64,000 nt of DNA from Pseudomonadota bacterium (GCA_034189125.1 JAXHVB010000018.1:775-64774); one strand, 5' to 3'. Numbered from the stretch's first letter, positions 43,027-52,722 are shown. Numbers and translations: made by a program. Notes: generated by a model not told the origin, from the sequence alone.

Positions 43027-44930
43027 GTCTCCAGGCGGCGCAGCGCAATCCAGCCGTTCCCATTGTGCGCCGTTGAGGCGTCAAGGTGGCTGGTGTAGCC
43101 CGGCACCTGGGGTGTGGCGTTTTCGGAGCTCGCGGCCGGCTCGAGGGCCACCAGCACCAGTTCTTCCCCGGTCCCAACGGGAACCACAAGCCAATCGGCT
43201 GGGCCAGCAATGGCAGCAGCGGATCGGTGGCGTCCGCCACCGGCTTCGGCATTGCCACCAAGAACGGAGGGCGGCAGACCGATTCCGGATTGGTGAAGCA
43301 TGCGCAGGGCATCGGCCAATGCTGAGCGCAGTGCTGGGTCGGGGTCCTGGCCACACAGGTGAAACAGGGTTTCCGCCCAGAACACCAGCGCGTAGGCTTT
43401 TTTGGGCTGCTCGCGCCAGTGTTCCAGCAGCCCGCTCGTTTGGGTGAATGCGATGCCTTGTTCTAGGGCTTCATCAACGCCTGGGCAATGGCTCCACGGG
43501 CGCAGGCGAGCGAGGTCCATCAGGTTGATGGACTGATAGGCGTCAGCAGTCCCCTGGATGGACAGCGCACGGTCAATGTATCCGTTGGGCATGACCAGGC
43601 GTGGCCAACGCGACTTGAGGCGGTGCAGCCTCGGGGCCAGGTACTTCCAGCCGAATCGTTTGATGGCGCGCATGGGGAGCGGCAGCGCGGCGGCAGTGTG
43701 CTCAGGCTGCATGTCCAGCCCCAGTATCCAGCTCACCAGGCGGTACAAAGGTTCCATGGGGCGGGCTTGCAGCACCGCTTGCAAGGCGCGTTCGGCGGAT
43801 GCGATCACAGCCGCGTGGGCCGAGTCTCCAGTGATTGCCTGATGGCGCAGCAGGGCAATGAGGGTGTCGATCTGGGTGTTCAGCACCAGCATGTTGCCAG
43901 GCTGCTTGCCGAGCGCGGTGCTGGAGGTCCACTTGAATGGACTCTTGGCCATGGCCTCTGCGCTTTGCTCAAGGCTGTCATGCAGGAACCAGACTCCCGC
44001 GTCAATGGTGCTGCGCTCGCCGACGATGAAGGCAACCGCACGCTGCAGTGCTGGCAACAGTGTGTTGTCCTGCTCCAGGGTCCAGTGGTCGAGAAGGCAA
44101 TGGATGGCGCTGCAGTGCAGGCGGTAGTGGCACTCCAGTTCGTCGGTCCAGAATCCGTGGTACCAACCGCCGTCAGGGCTTTGCCGATCAAGGATGGAGA
44201 GCACCATCTGGTGGCGTAGAAGCGCCGCGCAGGGGCTGTCGGCGAGTTCCCAACCGCGGGCGATTACATAGAGCGCATGGGCATCGTTCTCCGAGCAAAT
44301 GCGTCGGTAGTTCGGCCAGGAGCGCCGGTTTTCGTAGACGTGCCCATGCACCCAGTGCAGGTAGAAGTCCTGCGGGCTCTGTACCCGCTGGTGCGAGCCC
44401 CAGGGGTGCAGCGCCAGAGCAGCGGCTTCTCTGATGGCCAGCCAGGACTGCAGGTCCTCAATGCCATCCAGCACCCAGTAGACCAGGTCCAGGCAGTGCG
44501 ATCCCGGCAAGTGGAACCGAAGGCGGTGGGCGTCGTCATGGGTATGCCAACCGGACAGGGTGGCGTTGGATTCGATCTCGATCTGGCCCTTGTCGTCGAT
44601 GCGCCGCTGTTGGGGAACGCAGGGAATCCAAAGCGGGGCAGCGTGGCCTCGTTGATCCACCAGCAGCCAGCTTCCGTCGGCTTGCTGGGTCGCGGCCATT
44701 GCCTCTGGAAGACAGACATCTACGGATGCGTCATGGCTGGTGGTTGAGATGCGCAGTGACCAGACAGTTGCCGCAGTTCCACTGAAGCGATCGCACAGCC
44801 AGCTCAACTCAAGGCCGTCTTGCTGTTCGGACCAGCGGTGGCGCTGCGCTGCAGCGGTTTCGGTGGTTGGCTCCCCAGCGGTTGGCGGCAGCTGTGTTGG
44901 AGGTCGAATGTGGATGGTTGCTTCGGCCAT
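43017..44930 (-). CDS. hypothetical 637-aa protein with alpha/alpha-toroid-like C-terminal part (orphan enzyme)
   Basis: Start taken at ATG 44930 (Met137 of the track ORF; upstream sequence overlaps the preceding GT2). Contains a QW-like segment LDRQSPDGGWYHGFW and a helix-rich region NMLVLNTQIDTLIALLRH. No signal peptide or TM seen. Confidence 0.6.
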   Translation of the reverse strand: MAEATIHIRPPTQLPPTAGEPTTETAAAQRHRWSEQQDGLELSWLCDRFSGTAATVWSLRISTTSHDASVDVCLPEAMAATQQADGSWLLVDQRGHAAPLWIPCVPQQRRIDDKGQIEIESNATLSGWHTHDDAHRLRFHLPGSHCLDLVYWVLDGIEDLQSWLAIREAAALALHPWGSHQRVQSPQDFYLHWVHGHVYENRRSWPNYRRICSENDAHALYVIARGWELADSPCAALLRHQMVLSILDRQSPDGGWYHGFWTDELECHYRLHCSAIHCLLDHWTLEQDNTLLPALQRAVAFIVGERSTIDAGVWFLHDSLEQSAEAMAKSPFKWTSSTALGKQPGNMLVLNTQIDTLIALLRHQAITGDSAHAAVIASAERALQAVLQARPMEPLYRLVSWILGLDMQPEHTAAALPLPMRAIKRFGWKYLAPRLHRLKSRWPRLVMPNGYIDRALSIQGTADAYQSINLMDLARLRPWSHCPGVDEALEQGIAFTQTSGLLEHWREQPKKAYALVFWAETLFHLCGQDPDPALRSALADALRMLHQSGIGLPPSVLGGNAEAGGGRHRSAAAIAGPADWLVVPVGTGEELVLVALEPAASSENATPQVPGYTSHLDASTAHNGNGWIALRRLETWQ

Positions 44931-44938
44931 TCTCGGGG

Positions 44939-45946
44939 TCAGCGCATGCGAATGGATGGGGGGCAATCGCCGAAGCGGCGGAACAGGTAGTCGCGGGTCG
45001 CCTGGCGCAAGGCGCGTTGGCGTGGCGACTTCCACAGCAGGATGGCGTCCTTCAGTGCCCAGTAAACGCGGCGCACCGGACCGGTGCCCGGGGAGCTTGT
45101 CCAGGCGACCTTTGGCACCAGGCGGCGCAGGGCGGCGAACACCAGTGTGAGCCATTCGCGCCTGGGCAGATGTCGTTCGGCGAACAGCAGTTGGTTGCGG
45201 GCGCTGAAATAGGCGCGCAGAGGGGAGTCTTCGCCCCCGAAAGTGGCGGCTACTTTGTGTCGCACGAATGCGGCAGTGCACACCCGGCTGTTGTAACCTG
45301 CCCGGCGCGCACGCAGGCACCAGTCGGACTCCTCCCACACCAGAAAAAATCGCTCTTCAAACAAGCCAATCTCGCGCAGTGCGTCGGCGCGCAGCAGAAT
45401 CGCCGCCCCTGTGACCCAATCACAGTCGATCCAAGGTGTGGATGGGAGCGCACTGCGAGGGGCACCTTCCAGGTGGTGGACGCAGTTGAGCAGCCCCGGG
45501 CCGAAGCGTTCACCGGCCGTGCTGATGAGGTCCGGTTCGTGCGCTGAGCAGATCACAGGGCCAATGGCTGCAGTTTTTGGATCCTGTGCTGCAGTTTCCA
45601 GCAAAGCATTGAACAGACCGGGCTCCGCTTCCGTGTCGTTGTTGAGCACAAACACGTACTCTGCGCCGGTGTCTAGAGCGCGCTTGATGCCGACGTTGTT
45701 GCCGCCGGCATAGCCGAGATTGCGCCTGGTCTCGATCACTTCAACCTGCGGATAGCGGGCTCGAATCTCGGCCACCGAGTCATCTGTTGACCCGTTGTCA
45801 ACCACCAGGACGGAGGGCTGCTCAGGACAGGCTGCAGTGAGGGAGTTGAGGCACCGCAGTGTGTCTGCGCACCCATTCCAGTTCAGCACCACAGTCACCA
45901 CAGTCGGGTCGGGTGGCGCAGTAGACTCAGGGTTGGGATGGGTCAT
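44939..45946 (-). CDS. GT2 glycosyltransferase (rhamnosyltransferase-like)
   Basis: ATG at 45946 (ATGA overlap with the upstream gene). Motifs VVTVVLNWNGCADTLRCLNSL, VVDNGSTDDS and VFVLNNDT. Confidence 0.8.
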   Translation of the reverse strand: MTHPNPESTAPPDPTVVTVVLNWNGCADTLRCLNSLTAACPEQPSVLVVDNGSTDDSVAEIRARYPQVEVIETRRNLGYAGGNNVGIKRALDTGAEYVFVLNNDTEAEPGLFNALLETAAQDPKTAAIGPVICSAHEPDLISTAGERFGPGLLNCVHHLEGAPRSALPSTPWIDCDWVTGAAILLRADALREIGLFEERFFLVWEESDWCLRARRAGYNSRVCTAAFVRHKVAATFGGEDSPLRAYFSARNQLLFAERHLPRREWLTLVFAALRRLVPKVAWTSSPGTGPVRRVYWALKDAILLWKSPRQRALRQATRDYLFRRFGDCPPSIRMR

Positions 45947-47157
45947 GGCAGCAGGCGCCCGAGGCGTTCGCGCAGGCGCCAATACAGCGCCTTGAACGGG
46001 CTCGCACCGGTGTGTGGGTCTGAGAGGTCCGTGCGTTGCGGGTGCTTGAGCGCGTGGGCGGTTGCCTCAAGGTACGCGCGCCCCCAGCGTTGGTCGGGCT
46101 CAAGGTAGGCACCCTCGGCCCATTCGTTCCAGGCGTTGATGAACAGCAGGCGTTCGTCGCCCCGGAATTCATCCAGTGTGCGGGCGGCCATGTGTTGCAG
46201 CCAGCGCTGATATTCAGATGGCGTAGAGTTGACCAGGATTCGCGCATTGCGCTTGCGCCGGGCGCTGTTGTCCCAGGCCGGGGTTACGCAGTGGAACCGC
46301 TTGAACGCAGGGGCTGGTCGCTGCATTTTGCCAGCGGCGACCGCTGGGTACGCGAACACGTCGTTTTCCATTGGTGCGGCTGAGATCAACCGCAGTCGGG
46401 CGAGCAACCGATGCAGGCGACTGCGGTAGAGCTTGGCACCCATCTCGCGCCCATCGGGTGCAAACTCGAGTGCTGCGTCGAACCCCACGGATGTGGGATC
46501 CACGTCACGTTCGAAATTTTCCACCCGCACCAGGTACAAACCGGGCAGGCCCGCGGCCTGGGCGGCCTCGCGCCAGATCCGCGCGGTCGACGCTGGATCC
46601 GGAAGCAGTTCCGTGCGGTAGACCAGCAGCAGGGGCTTGCCATCGACTCGAATGTAGCGGGGATCCTGAAGCGCGGGGAGCAAGGCAGCGATGTGTGCAC
46701 GGTCGTCAGCCTCGCTGTAGTGTTGCTCCAGCAACACGTCACGGTCCCCTCCGCTCCAAGTGCGGGTCCAGTTCTCGTTGGCCCAGCACAGGCAAAAGGG
46801 AAAGTCAGGCTCACCGCTTTCCAGGACTTCGTTGAAAGGTCGCTCCAAAATTCGCCGACCATTGAACCAATAGTGGTAGTAGCAGAACCCGTGGATGCCG
46901 TACTCGCGGGCAAGTGCTGCCTGGGCGGCGCGGGTTTCTGGCAGGCGCAGGTCGTAGAACCCGAGGTCTGCGGGCAGCCGAGGCTGGTCGTGGTTGCGAA
47001 ACCTCGGCAAAGAACGGGTGACATTGGTCCATTCCGTAAATCCCTGTCCCCACCAGCGGTTGTTTTCCGCCACCGGATGAAACTGCGGCAACAGCAAGGC
47101 CAGGGCCCGAATCTCGTTGCGAGCGTTTGGTTTCGATTGCGTGGGGGGATGAGTCAA
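45943..47157 (-). CDS. WbsX-like / GH99-like domain protein (lipopolysaccharide biosynthesis protein family)
   Basis: LPQFHPVAENNRWWGQGFTEWTNV, HGFCYYHYWF and CWANENWTRTW are hallmark motifs of the Glyco_tran_WbsX family. TTG start at 47157. Confidence 0.8.
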   Translation of the reverse strand: MTHPPTQSKPNARNEIRALALLLPQFHPVAENNRWWGQGFTEWTNVTRSLPRFRNHDQPRLPADLGFYDLRLPETRAAQAALAREYGIHGFCYYHYWFNGRRILERPFNEVLESGEPDFPFCLCWANENWTRTWSGGDRDVLLEQHYSEADDRAHIAALLPALQDPRYIRVDGKPLLLVYRTELLPDPASTARIWREAAQAAGLPGLYLVRVENFERDVDPTSVGFDAALEFAPDGREMGAKLYRSRLHRLLARLRLISAAPMENDVFAYPAVAAGKMQRPAPAFKRFHCVTPAWDNSARRKRNARILVNSTPSEYQRWLQHMAARTLDEFRGDERLLFINAWNEWAEGAYLEPDQRWGRAYLEATAHALKHPQRTDLSDPHTGASPFKALYWRLRERLGRLLP

Positions 47158-48116
47158 AACCAGGACTTCCGCTGTTTTGCAAATCGCGCCGCCGCCAGGG
47201 CAACGGGGTCAATCGGTGAGTCGGTATGCAGGGCAACCACGTCATAGTGCCAGTTGCTGTCGTGCGCATCTGAGAGGCACAGCTGCGCGAGCTGCTCCAC
47301 CGCAGGGGCGTCATAGCCTGTCATGGGGTGGCTGAAGTCGCCGTACTTTGAGAACCAGAGAAAACGGTCATAGCCAAGTGCAGTGAGCAGTTCGAAGTGC
47401 TCCGTCCAAGAGTTTTCAGTCTGTTTGCAGAAAAAGGGATCCCACTCGAAGATTACTGCAGGATGCCAGGTCTTGAGCAGCTTGCGGCTACCGCCAAGTA
47501 CCTTGCCGTCAAACCCGTCGACGTCGACCTTAAGTATGTCGACCTGTCCGGTGTTTTCAGGCGATACGATCAGGTCCAAGGGCACCGCGTCTTCCGTCGC
47601 TTGCCCCTGGGCACTGGCGGTGCCCGGATGCGTACGCACCAGCGAGGGCACTTGACCGCTTCCGTCCGAAAGCATGTGCTGCACCAAGCGGACCCGAGGG
47701 TCGCCCGCTAGGTTCGCGCTCAGGTAGGCGAAAAACCCTGGATCGCCCTCGACACAGACAAATCCGGCGACCTTGTCGCCGCAGTTTGCCTGCAGCAGCC
47801 TCACGGTGTCGCCGACACTTGCGCCCACATCCACCAGGTGCACGGGTCGTTGGTGGGCCACATGGGCCTGATGGGTCAGCTCGACCAGGGGGTTGTTCCA
47901 GCGCGAAAAACGCCGAGCGTACAGTCCATAGCTGTGGCCGAAATTCACCAGTGTGCGTTGTCCGTGCATGTTGGTGGAAACCGTGGTGCCGTCGAACCGT
48001 GCGAGTCCCTGGTGCCACGCCCAGCGCCAGATGCGTCCGCGCACCGGGTGCTGTTGCCATTGATGTCGCTGCAGGCACTGGTTGTACAGCAGCGAAGCCC
48101 ATTTGTGATCGTGCAT
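47154..48116 (-). CDS. FkbM-family SAM-dependent methyltransferase
   Basis: Start at ATG 48116 (Met63 of the track ORF). SAM-binding-like VDVGASVGD and ILKVDVDGFDGKVL are typical of Methyltransf_21/FkbM. Confidence 0.75.
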   Translation of the reverse strand: MHDHKWASLLYNQCLQRHQWQQHPVRGRIWRWAWHQGLARFDGTTVSTNMHGQRTLVNFGHSYGLYARRFSRWNNPLVELTHQAHVAHQRPVHLVDVGASVGDTVRLLQANCGDKVAGFVCVEGDPGFFAYLSANLAGDPRVRLVQHMLSDGSGQVPSLVRTHPGTASAQGQATEDAVPLDLIVSPENTGQVDILKVDVDGFDGKVLGGSRKLLKTWHPAVIFEWDPFFCKQTENSWTEHFELLTALGYDRFLWFSKYGDFSHPMTGYDAPAVEQLAQLCLSDAHDSNWHYDVVALHTDSPIDPVALAAARFAKQRKSWF

Positions 48117-48130
48117 GACAGTCCGATGGA

Positions 48131-49468
48131 TTACTGGTGAGTACGCAGGCGCCAGAGGAGCTGGCGGTCCAGGCGTTGGCGAAGGCCGCGAACGGCGTAG
48201 CGCACTGGGCCCTGGCGAAAACGCACATAGGCTTCGCGCACCTGCGAGATGGCCTCTGGAGAGAGTTTTGCGGGTTGGCCACGAAACTCGTGTTCGGCCC
48301 AAAGGGCCGCGAGTTCGTCCACGAAGCGCGCCTGCTCGGCGCGCTCAAGGTAACTGCGGGCCTGCTGTTTTGCCCGGGCGCCGAGCGCTTCACGCAGGGC
48401 TCGGTTGGCGCCGAGCCGCAGCATCCAGGTCGCGGCGTGTTCGATGTCGGGTGCGGCCCAGGTGGCATTGCGCCCGGCGAAGTCCGGCGTGTAGCAGTCA
48501 AGTTCACCGTCCACGGTGCGGTGTCTGTAGGTCACCAGTGCGGCGCTTTGGTGGTCCATAAAGGAAAGGTTTCCGGACCAACCGGTGGCGATCACGGGTT
48601 TGCCGAGCGCCATGGCTTCAAGCATGCCAAGCCCGAGACCCTCCGCACTGTGCAGTGACACGAAGACATCGCAGTTGGCGTAGAGCGCCAGCACCTCGGG
48701 GTAGGGCAGGCGCGCGTCGACCAAGTGGACACCTGGCGCCTGGTTGCACCGGTCGATGACCTGTTGCGCCAGTGGGTGCACCTGTCCGTTGTGGCGGCTG
48801 TTGTTCAGCTTGACGACCAGGTTGGCTTCAAGCCCCTGCTCGCGGGCGCGCTCGAAGGCGTGGATGGCAGCGAAGGGGTTTTTCCTCCGAGGGTCGCTGG
48901 TCGGCTCCACGATGGTGACAAGCAGGGGGGTCTGCTCAGGCAATCCGAAATCGGCGCGGCGAACCGACGCTGCGGGCTCAACCTGCAGCGGGTGGGGGGC
49001 GTACACAACCGGCACCTGGTCCAGGTGGTTGCGCAAACTGCTCTCGATGAACCTTGACCCCGCAATGAGCGCATCGAACGTCTGCAGCGCGAGACGCCAG
49101 TGCCTCGGGATTTCATCCAGTTCCCACCAAAAAAATCCAACGTTGTAGCGGCTTTCGAACAGTGCTCGGTGCTCAAAGAGCAGTTCTGGTAGGGCGTTGA
49201 CGGGGAGAATGGCGAGGTTGATGGGGTGCGGCAGTTTATTTGCGTCCTCGCACAGCAAGTCGGCGTACTCGGTGTCGTGTCCGCCGCGGCCGAACCCCGG
49301 GTTCATGTCGTAGGCAGATACGGGGATCCCCCGGCTTTTCAGCACCCGGATGAAGTTTCGCGCCGTGACCCCCATTCCGGCGTTGGCGGTAACCATGCCG
49401 ATGAGATTCACCCCGGGGAGTCGCGGTTCGCTTGGGTTTGGGGTCAGCGGCGGATTCGCAGGGGCCAC
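48131..49468 (-). CDS. GT4-like glycosyltransferase
   Basis: GTG start at 49468. The C-terminal GT-B segment is VSLHSAEGLGLGMLEAMALGKPVIATGWSGN. Confidence 0.7.
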   Translation of the reverse strand: MAPANPPLTPNPSEPRLPGVNLIGMVTANAGMGVTARNFIRVLKSRGIPVSAYDMNPGFGRGGHDTEYADLLCEDANKLPHPINLAILPVNALPELLFEHRALFESRYNVGFFWWELDEIPRHWRLALQTFDALIAGSRFIESSLRNHLDQVPVVYAPHPLQVEPAASVRRADFGLPEQTPLLVTIVEPTSDPRRKNPFAAIHAFERAREQGLEANLVVKLNNSRHNGQVHPLAQQVIDRCNQAPGVHLVDARLPYPEVLALYANCDVFVSLHSAEGLGLGMLEAMALGKPVIATGWSGNLSFMDHQSAALVTYRHRTVDGELDCYTPDFAGRNATWAAPDIEHAATWMLRLGANRALREALGARAKQQARSYLERAEQARFVDELAALWAEHEFRGQPAKLSPEAISQVREAYVRFRQGPVRYAVRGLRQRLDRQLLWRLRTHQ

Positions 49469-49471
49469 CGG

Positions 49472-50728
49472 TCAATCCTGGTCCTGGTCGACTTGGGAGA
49501 GGGCCCATTCGGTCGGAAGCGGAACAAAGCCAAACTCCCCGTTGCGGGCCCGGCTCTGCCCGTCGGCGAAACCCACGGTCACTGGGCAGAGATTTTCGGC
49601 GTAGTACGCCATGCTCGGTGGACTTCCGTGGGAGACCGCGAGCCGAAATGAATACACCCCGGGAAGAAATGGAAAATGCTGCACGCGCGCGTGCATCCGG
49701 TAGTCTCCGGGCTCAAGTGTCCCCGGACTGAATTCGCCTTCGGTGTCGGTGCTCGCCAAGTACAGCAGGTCCGTGGTGTGGACGCCGAGCCCGACGATGA
49801 GGTTGTCCGTGGTTGCCCGGATTCGCAGGTCGATCGCGAGCCGGGTCGCCCCATCGTAGTCCACCTGATCGGTGGCCACGCCTTCGGCGTCCACCAATTT
49901 GACACCGAGAACCTGGATTTGATCGGCGTCGCCTCCGAGTTGGTTGTTGGCACCCTGGCGCGCGACCGATTGTTTGATTTTTTCGTCGCTGCGTTGATAG
50001 AACAGGTTGCACACAGTTCGCGCATCGTCGTCAGCCACGACCTGTCCCCTGTCCAGAAGGACGACGCGGCTGCACAGTCGCTCGACTTGCCGCAAGTTGT
50101 GGCTGACCAAAATCACCGTTTTGCCCTGTCTCTTGATCAGTTCTTCCATTCGGTCAAAGCATTTGCGCTGAAATGCAATGTCACCCACGGCGAGGACCTC
50201 ATCGACGATGAGGAGGTCGGCATCCATGGACGTCGCGATGGCGAAGCCAAGGCGTACCTGCATGCCCGAGCTGTAGCGCTTCACAGGGGTGTCGATGAAC
50301 TGTTCGATCTCAGCAAATTCAATGATGCCATCGAGTTGCTCGCGGGTGCGTGCCTTGGGAATTCCGAGGATGGCGCTGTTCAGAAAAATGTTTTCCCGGC
50401 CAGTGAGTTCTGGGTTGATCCCTGCGCCCACTTCGATCAATGGGGCAACACTGCCATGCACCGACACCGACCCGCTGGTGGGTTGAGTGATGTTGGCCAG
50501 GTGTTTCAGGAGAGTGCTCTTGCCCGCGCCGTTCGACCCGATGATGCCGACCACCTCTCCAGAGGAGATGTGCAGGTTGATGTCCTGCAAAGCATAAAAC
50601 CGCTCGCGCTCCTTCACCGGACGACCGCTGAGTTTTCCAAAGGCTCGGGCCGCGGTTCCACGAATTCCGGCAATCTGTCCGAGCCGGTACTCTTTGTAGA
50701 GGTGGTCCACCTCGACAATCGATGACAT
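49472..50728 (-). CDS. wzt: polysaccharide/O-antigen ABC exporter ATP-binding protein with ~170-aa C-terminal extension (Wzt-like)
   Basis: Walker A GSNGAGKST, signature YSSGMQVRL and Walker B LLIVDEVL. After about aa 245 there is a beta-rich extra domain (VLGVKLVDAEG, RLAIDLRIRA, YSFRLAVS), as in Wzt carbohydrate-binding domains. Confidence 0.9.
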   Translation of the reverse strand: MSSIVEVDHLYKEYRLGQIAGIRGTAARAFGKLSGRPVKERERFYALQDINLHISSGEVVGIIGSNGAGKSTLLKHLANITQPTSGSVSVHGSVAPLIEVGAGINPELTGRENIFLNSAILGIPKARTREQLDGIIEFAEIEQFIDTPVKRYSSGMQVRLGFAIATSMDADLLIVDEVLAVGDIAFQRKCFDRMEELIKRQGKTVILVSHNLRQVERLCSRVVLLDRGQVVADDDARTVCNLFYQRSDEKIKQSVARQGANNQLGGDADQIQVLGVKLVDAEGVATDQVDYDGATRLAIDLRIRATTDNLIVGLGVHTTDLLYLASTDTEGEFSPGTLEPGDYRMHARVQHFPFLPGVYSFRLAVSHGSPPSMAYYAENLCPVTVGFADGQSRARNGEFGFVPLPTEWALSQVDQDQD

Positions 50729-50742
50729 GGGCTGGAAGTCCT

Positions 50743-51561
50743 TCAGATGACGTCGGCGAACCAGGCTTCGGCACGCTTAAAGAAAAGATAGCTGAGCGGT
50801 AGCAGCAGCAGGGTCAGCACGAGCCCTGGAGACAAGGTGGACCAGTCCGGTGGCAGTCCTTTCAGAAGAACGCGCTGAAAGTTGTCGATGATGCCCGCCA
50901 GGGGGTTGCAGAGGTACAGCGTGTACAAGCGATCCGACCAGTCGCCGGCCGCTTGCTGTACCACGAGCTTCTCGCGCACCAGCGAAAGCGGATAGATGAC
51001 CGGCGAAGTGTACATCAACAGCGACAGCACGACGGGCAGCATTTGTCCGACGTCGCGGTAGTACACGTTCATCGCGGCGCCGAAAAAACTGACAACCAGC
51101 GCTACCAGCATGGTGTAGCCGATGATCAGTGGCACCCAGAGTGCCTGGGCTGTCGGCAGCATCTGGTAATAGACCATCATGGCGGCCAGGATGAGGAAGC
51201 TGATCGCGAGTTCTACCGTTTTGGTCACCATGGCGGTCAGCGGAAACACCTCCCGTGGGAAGTAGATCTTTTTGATCAGAGGGGCATTGCCGGTGACGCT
51301 GTTGATGCCTTCCGAGGCCGACTCCTGAAAGAAGATCCACGGCAGCAGTGCTGCAAAGGTAAGGATGGGATAGGGCACGTCGCCACTTTCAATGCCGACG
51401 AACCCTTTGACGACGGTAAAGATCAGCATGAGCACCACGGGTTTGAGCACCGCCCAGGCAATACCGAGGTACGCTTGCTTGTAGCGCACTGAGATGTTTT
51501 TCCACGCCAGTGCACCGATCAACTCTCGGTAGTGGTACAGCCCTTGAATCGATTTGATCAT
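50743..51561 (-). CDS. wzm: ABC-2-type polysaccharide exporter permease (Wzm-like)
   Basis: 272 aa with six hydrophobic helices. N-terminal YRELIGALAWKNISVRYKQAYLGIAWAVLKP is the typical ABC2_membrane/Wzm start. Confidence 0.85.
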   Translation of the reverse strand: MIKSIQGLYHYRELIGALAWKNISVRYKQAYLGIAWAVLKPVVLMLIFTVVKGFVGIESGDVPYPILTFAALLPWIFFQESASEGINSVTGNAPLIKKIYFPREVFPLTAMVTKTVELAISFLILAAMMVYYQMLPTAQALWVPLIIGYTMLVALVVSFFGAAMNVYYRDVGQMLPVVLSLLMYTSPVIYPLSLVREKLVVQQAAGDWSDRLYTLYLCNPLAGIIDNFQRVLLKGLPPDWSTLSPGLVLTLLLLPLSYLFFKRAEAWFADVI

Positions 51562-51647
51562 GGCCGGATCTCAGAGTCAGGCCTTGCAGCGGGTCCATGG
51601 CCCCAGGCTTCTGGAGGTGTGGCCGTTGAGTTCATTCGGAGAAATCC

Positions 51648-52676
51648 TTAGTCCCTGCTGTCGGTTGTCTTTCTGGGCATCGTGAGTGCATACCGCACTG
51701 CGAGCTTCAATTGGCTGACCGTGGCTCGGAGCCGAAAGGCTTGCCACAGGGCGGCCCAGCCATTTGCCCAGTCGTGTGTGCGCAGTTGATAGGCGCGGGT
51801 GAACAGCAGCTGCGATTGGTGGCGCCGCAGCGCCGATTCCCGTCTACGCCACGTTTGCTGTGTGTCGCGTACGGCCTCTAACAGGTTAGCACCTGCGAGA
51901 ATTTCGTTGTGCACCTGACGGCGCTGAGCCGCTGCGACGGACAGACCCTCGGGCCAGCCGAAATTCTTGCCGTGTATCCGCCAGTGGTTGATGGGGACGC
52001 GAGTGACCGCCAGCGCGCACAGCGCCGCGGCTTTCTTGGTCCAGGTGGATTCGCTGAACAGGCTGTATTCGTCGAACGGGCCGATGACATTCCAGGCGCC
52101 ACGGCGTGCGGCAGGTCGCTGAAAATCGATGGGTACCCGTGGGATCAGCGCATCGAACAGGCTGTGGTCGAACAGCCAGAGGGGCCCGCTTGGTCGAGGC
52201 GGGGCCGCCTGAAAGAGCGCATCCATCGCGGCCTTGCGGCTGGCGGCGGGTCCCTCAGCGTAGGGTCCAAAGGGTTCAACACCCATGAAGATACAGTCCA
52301 GGTGCGGGTGTGTGCTGAAGCCCTCGGCGATCACTTCCAGCGCGTCTTCGGTCAGCAGGTCGTCGTCGTCCAGCAACACAATGACTTCACCCTGCGCCGC
52401 GCGAATCCCCGCGTTCTTGGCGCTTGGGACCCCCAAGGCAGTTTGGTGGTGGATCAACTGAAGCGGGCCTGAAAACGTCCCCTCAATCGCCTGTCGGTCA
52501 ACGGGGGGGGAGGACCCGTCGTCCACCACAACCAACTCGACGGTGCCGAGTGTCTGGGCAGCAACGCTGGCCACGGCTTCGAGCAGCAGGTCCGCGCGGT
52601 TGTGGGTGGGAATGACGACAGAGATCAGCACCGCGATGCCCCGGCTGCTCCCGTCGCATTGTGCAGTGGTGTGCAT
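51648..52676 (-). CDS. GT2 glycosyltransferase
   Basis: Start at ATG 52676. Motifs ISVVIPTHNRADLLLEAVASVAAQT, LVVVDDGSSP and VLLDDDD. Confidence 0.8.
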   Translation of the reverse strand: MHTTAQCDGSSRGIAVLISVVIPTHNRADLLLEAVASVAAQTLGTVELVVVDDGSSPPVDRQAIEGTFSGPLQLIHHQTALGVPSAKNAGIRAAQGEVIVLLDDDDLLTEDALEVIAEGFSTHPHLDCIFMGVEPFGPYAEGPAASRKAAMDALFQAAPPRPSGPLWLFDHSLFDALIPRVPIDFQRPAARRGAWNVIGPFDEYSLFSESTWTKKAAALCALAVTRVPINHWRIHGKNFGWPEGLSVAAAQRRQVHNEILAGANLLEAVRDTQQTWRRRESALRRHQSQLLFTRAYQLRTHDWANGWAALWQAFRLRATVSQLKLAVRYALTMPRKTTDSRD

Positions 52677-52722
52677 GGGCCCTGGTGGAGGCTTCGGTGT
52701 TGTGGCGTTTGTCTGGGGTGCA

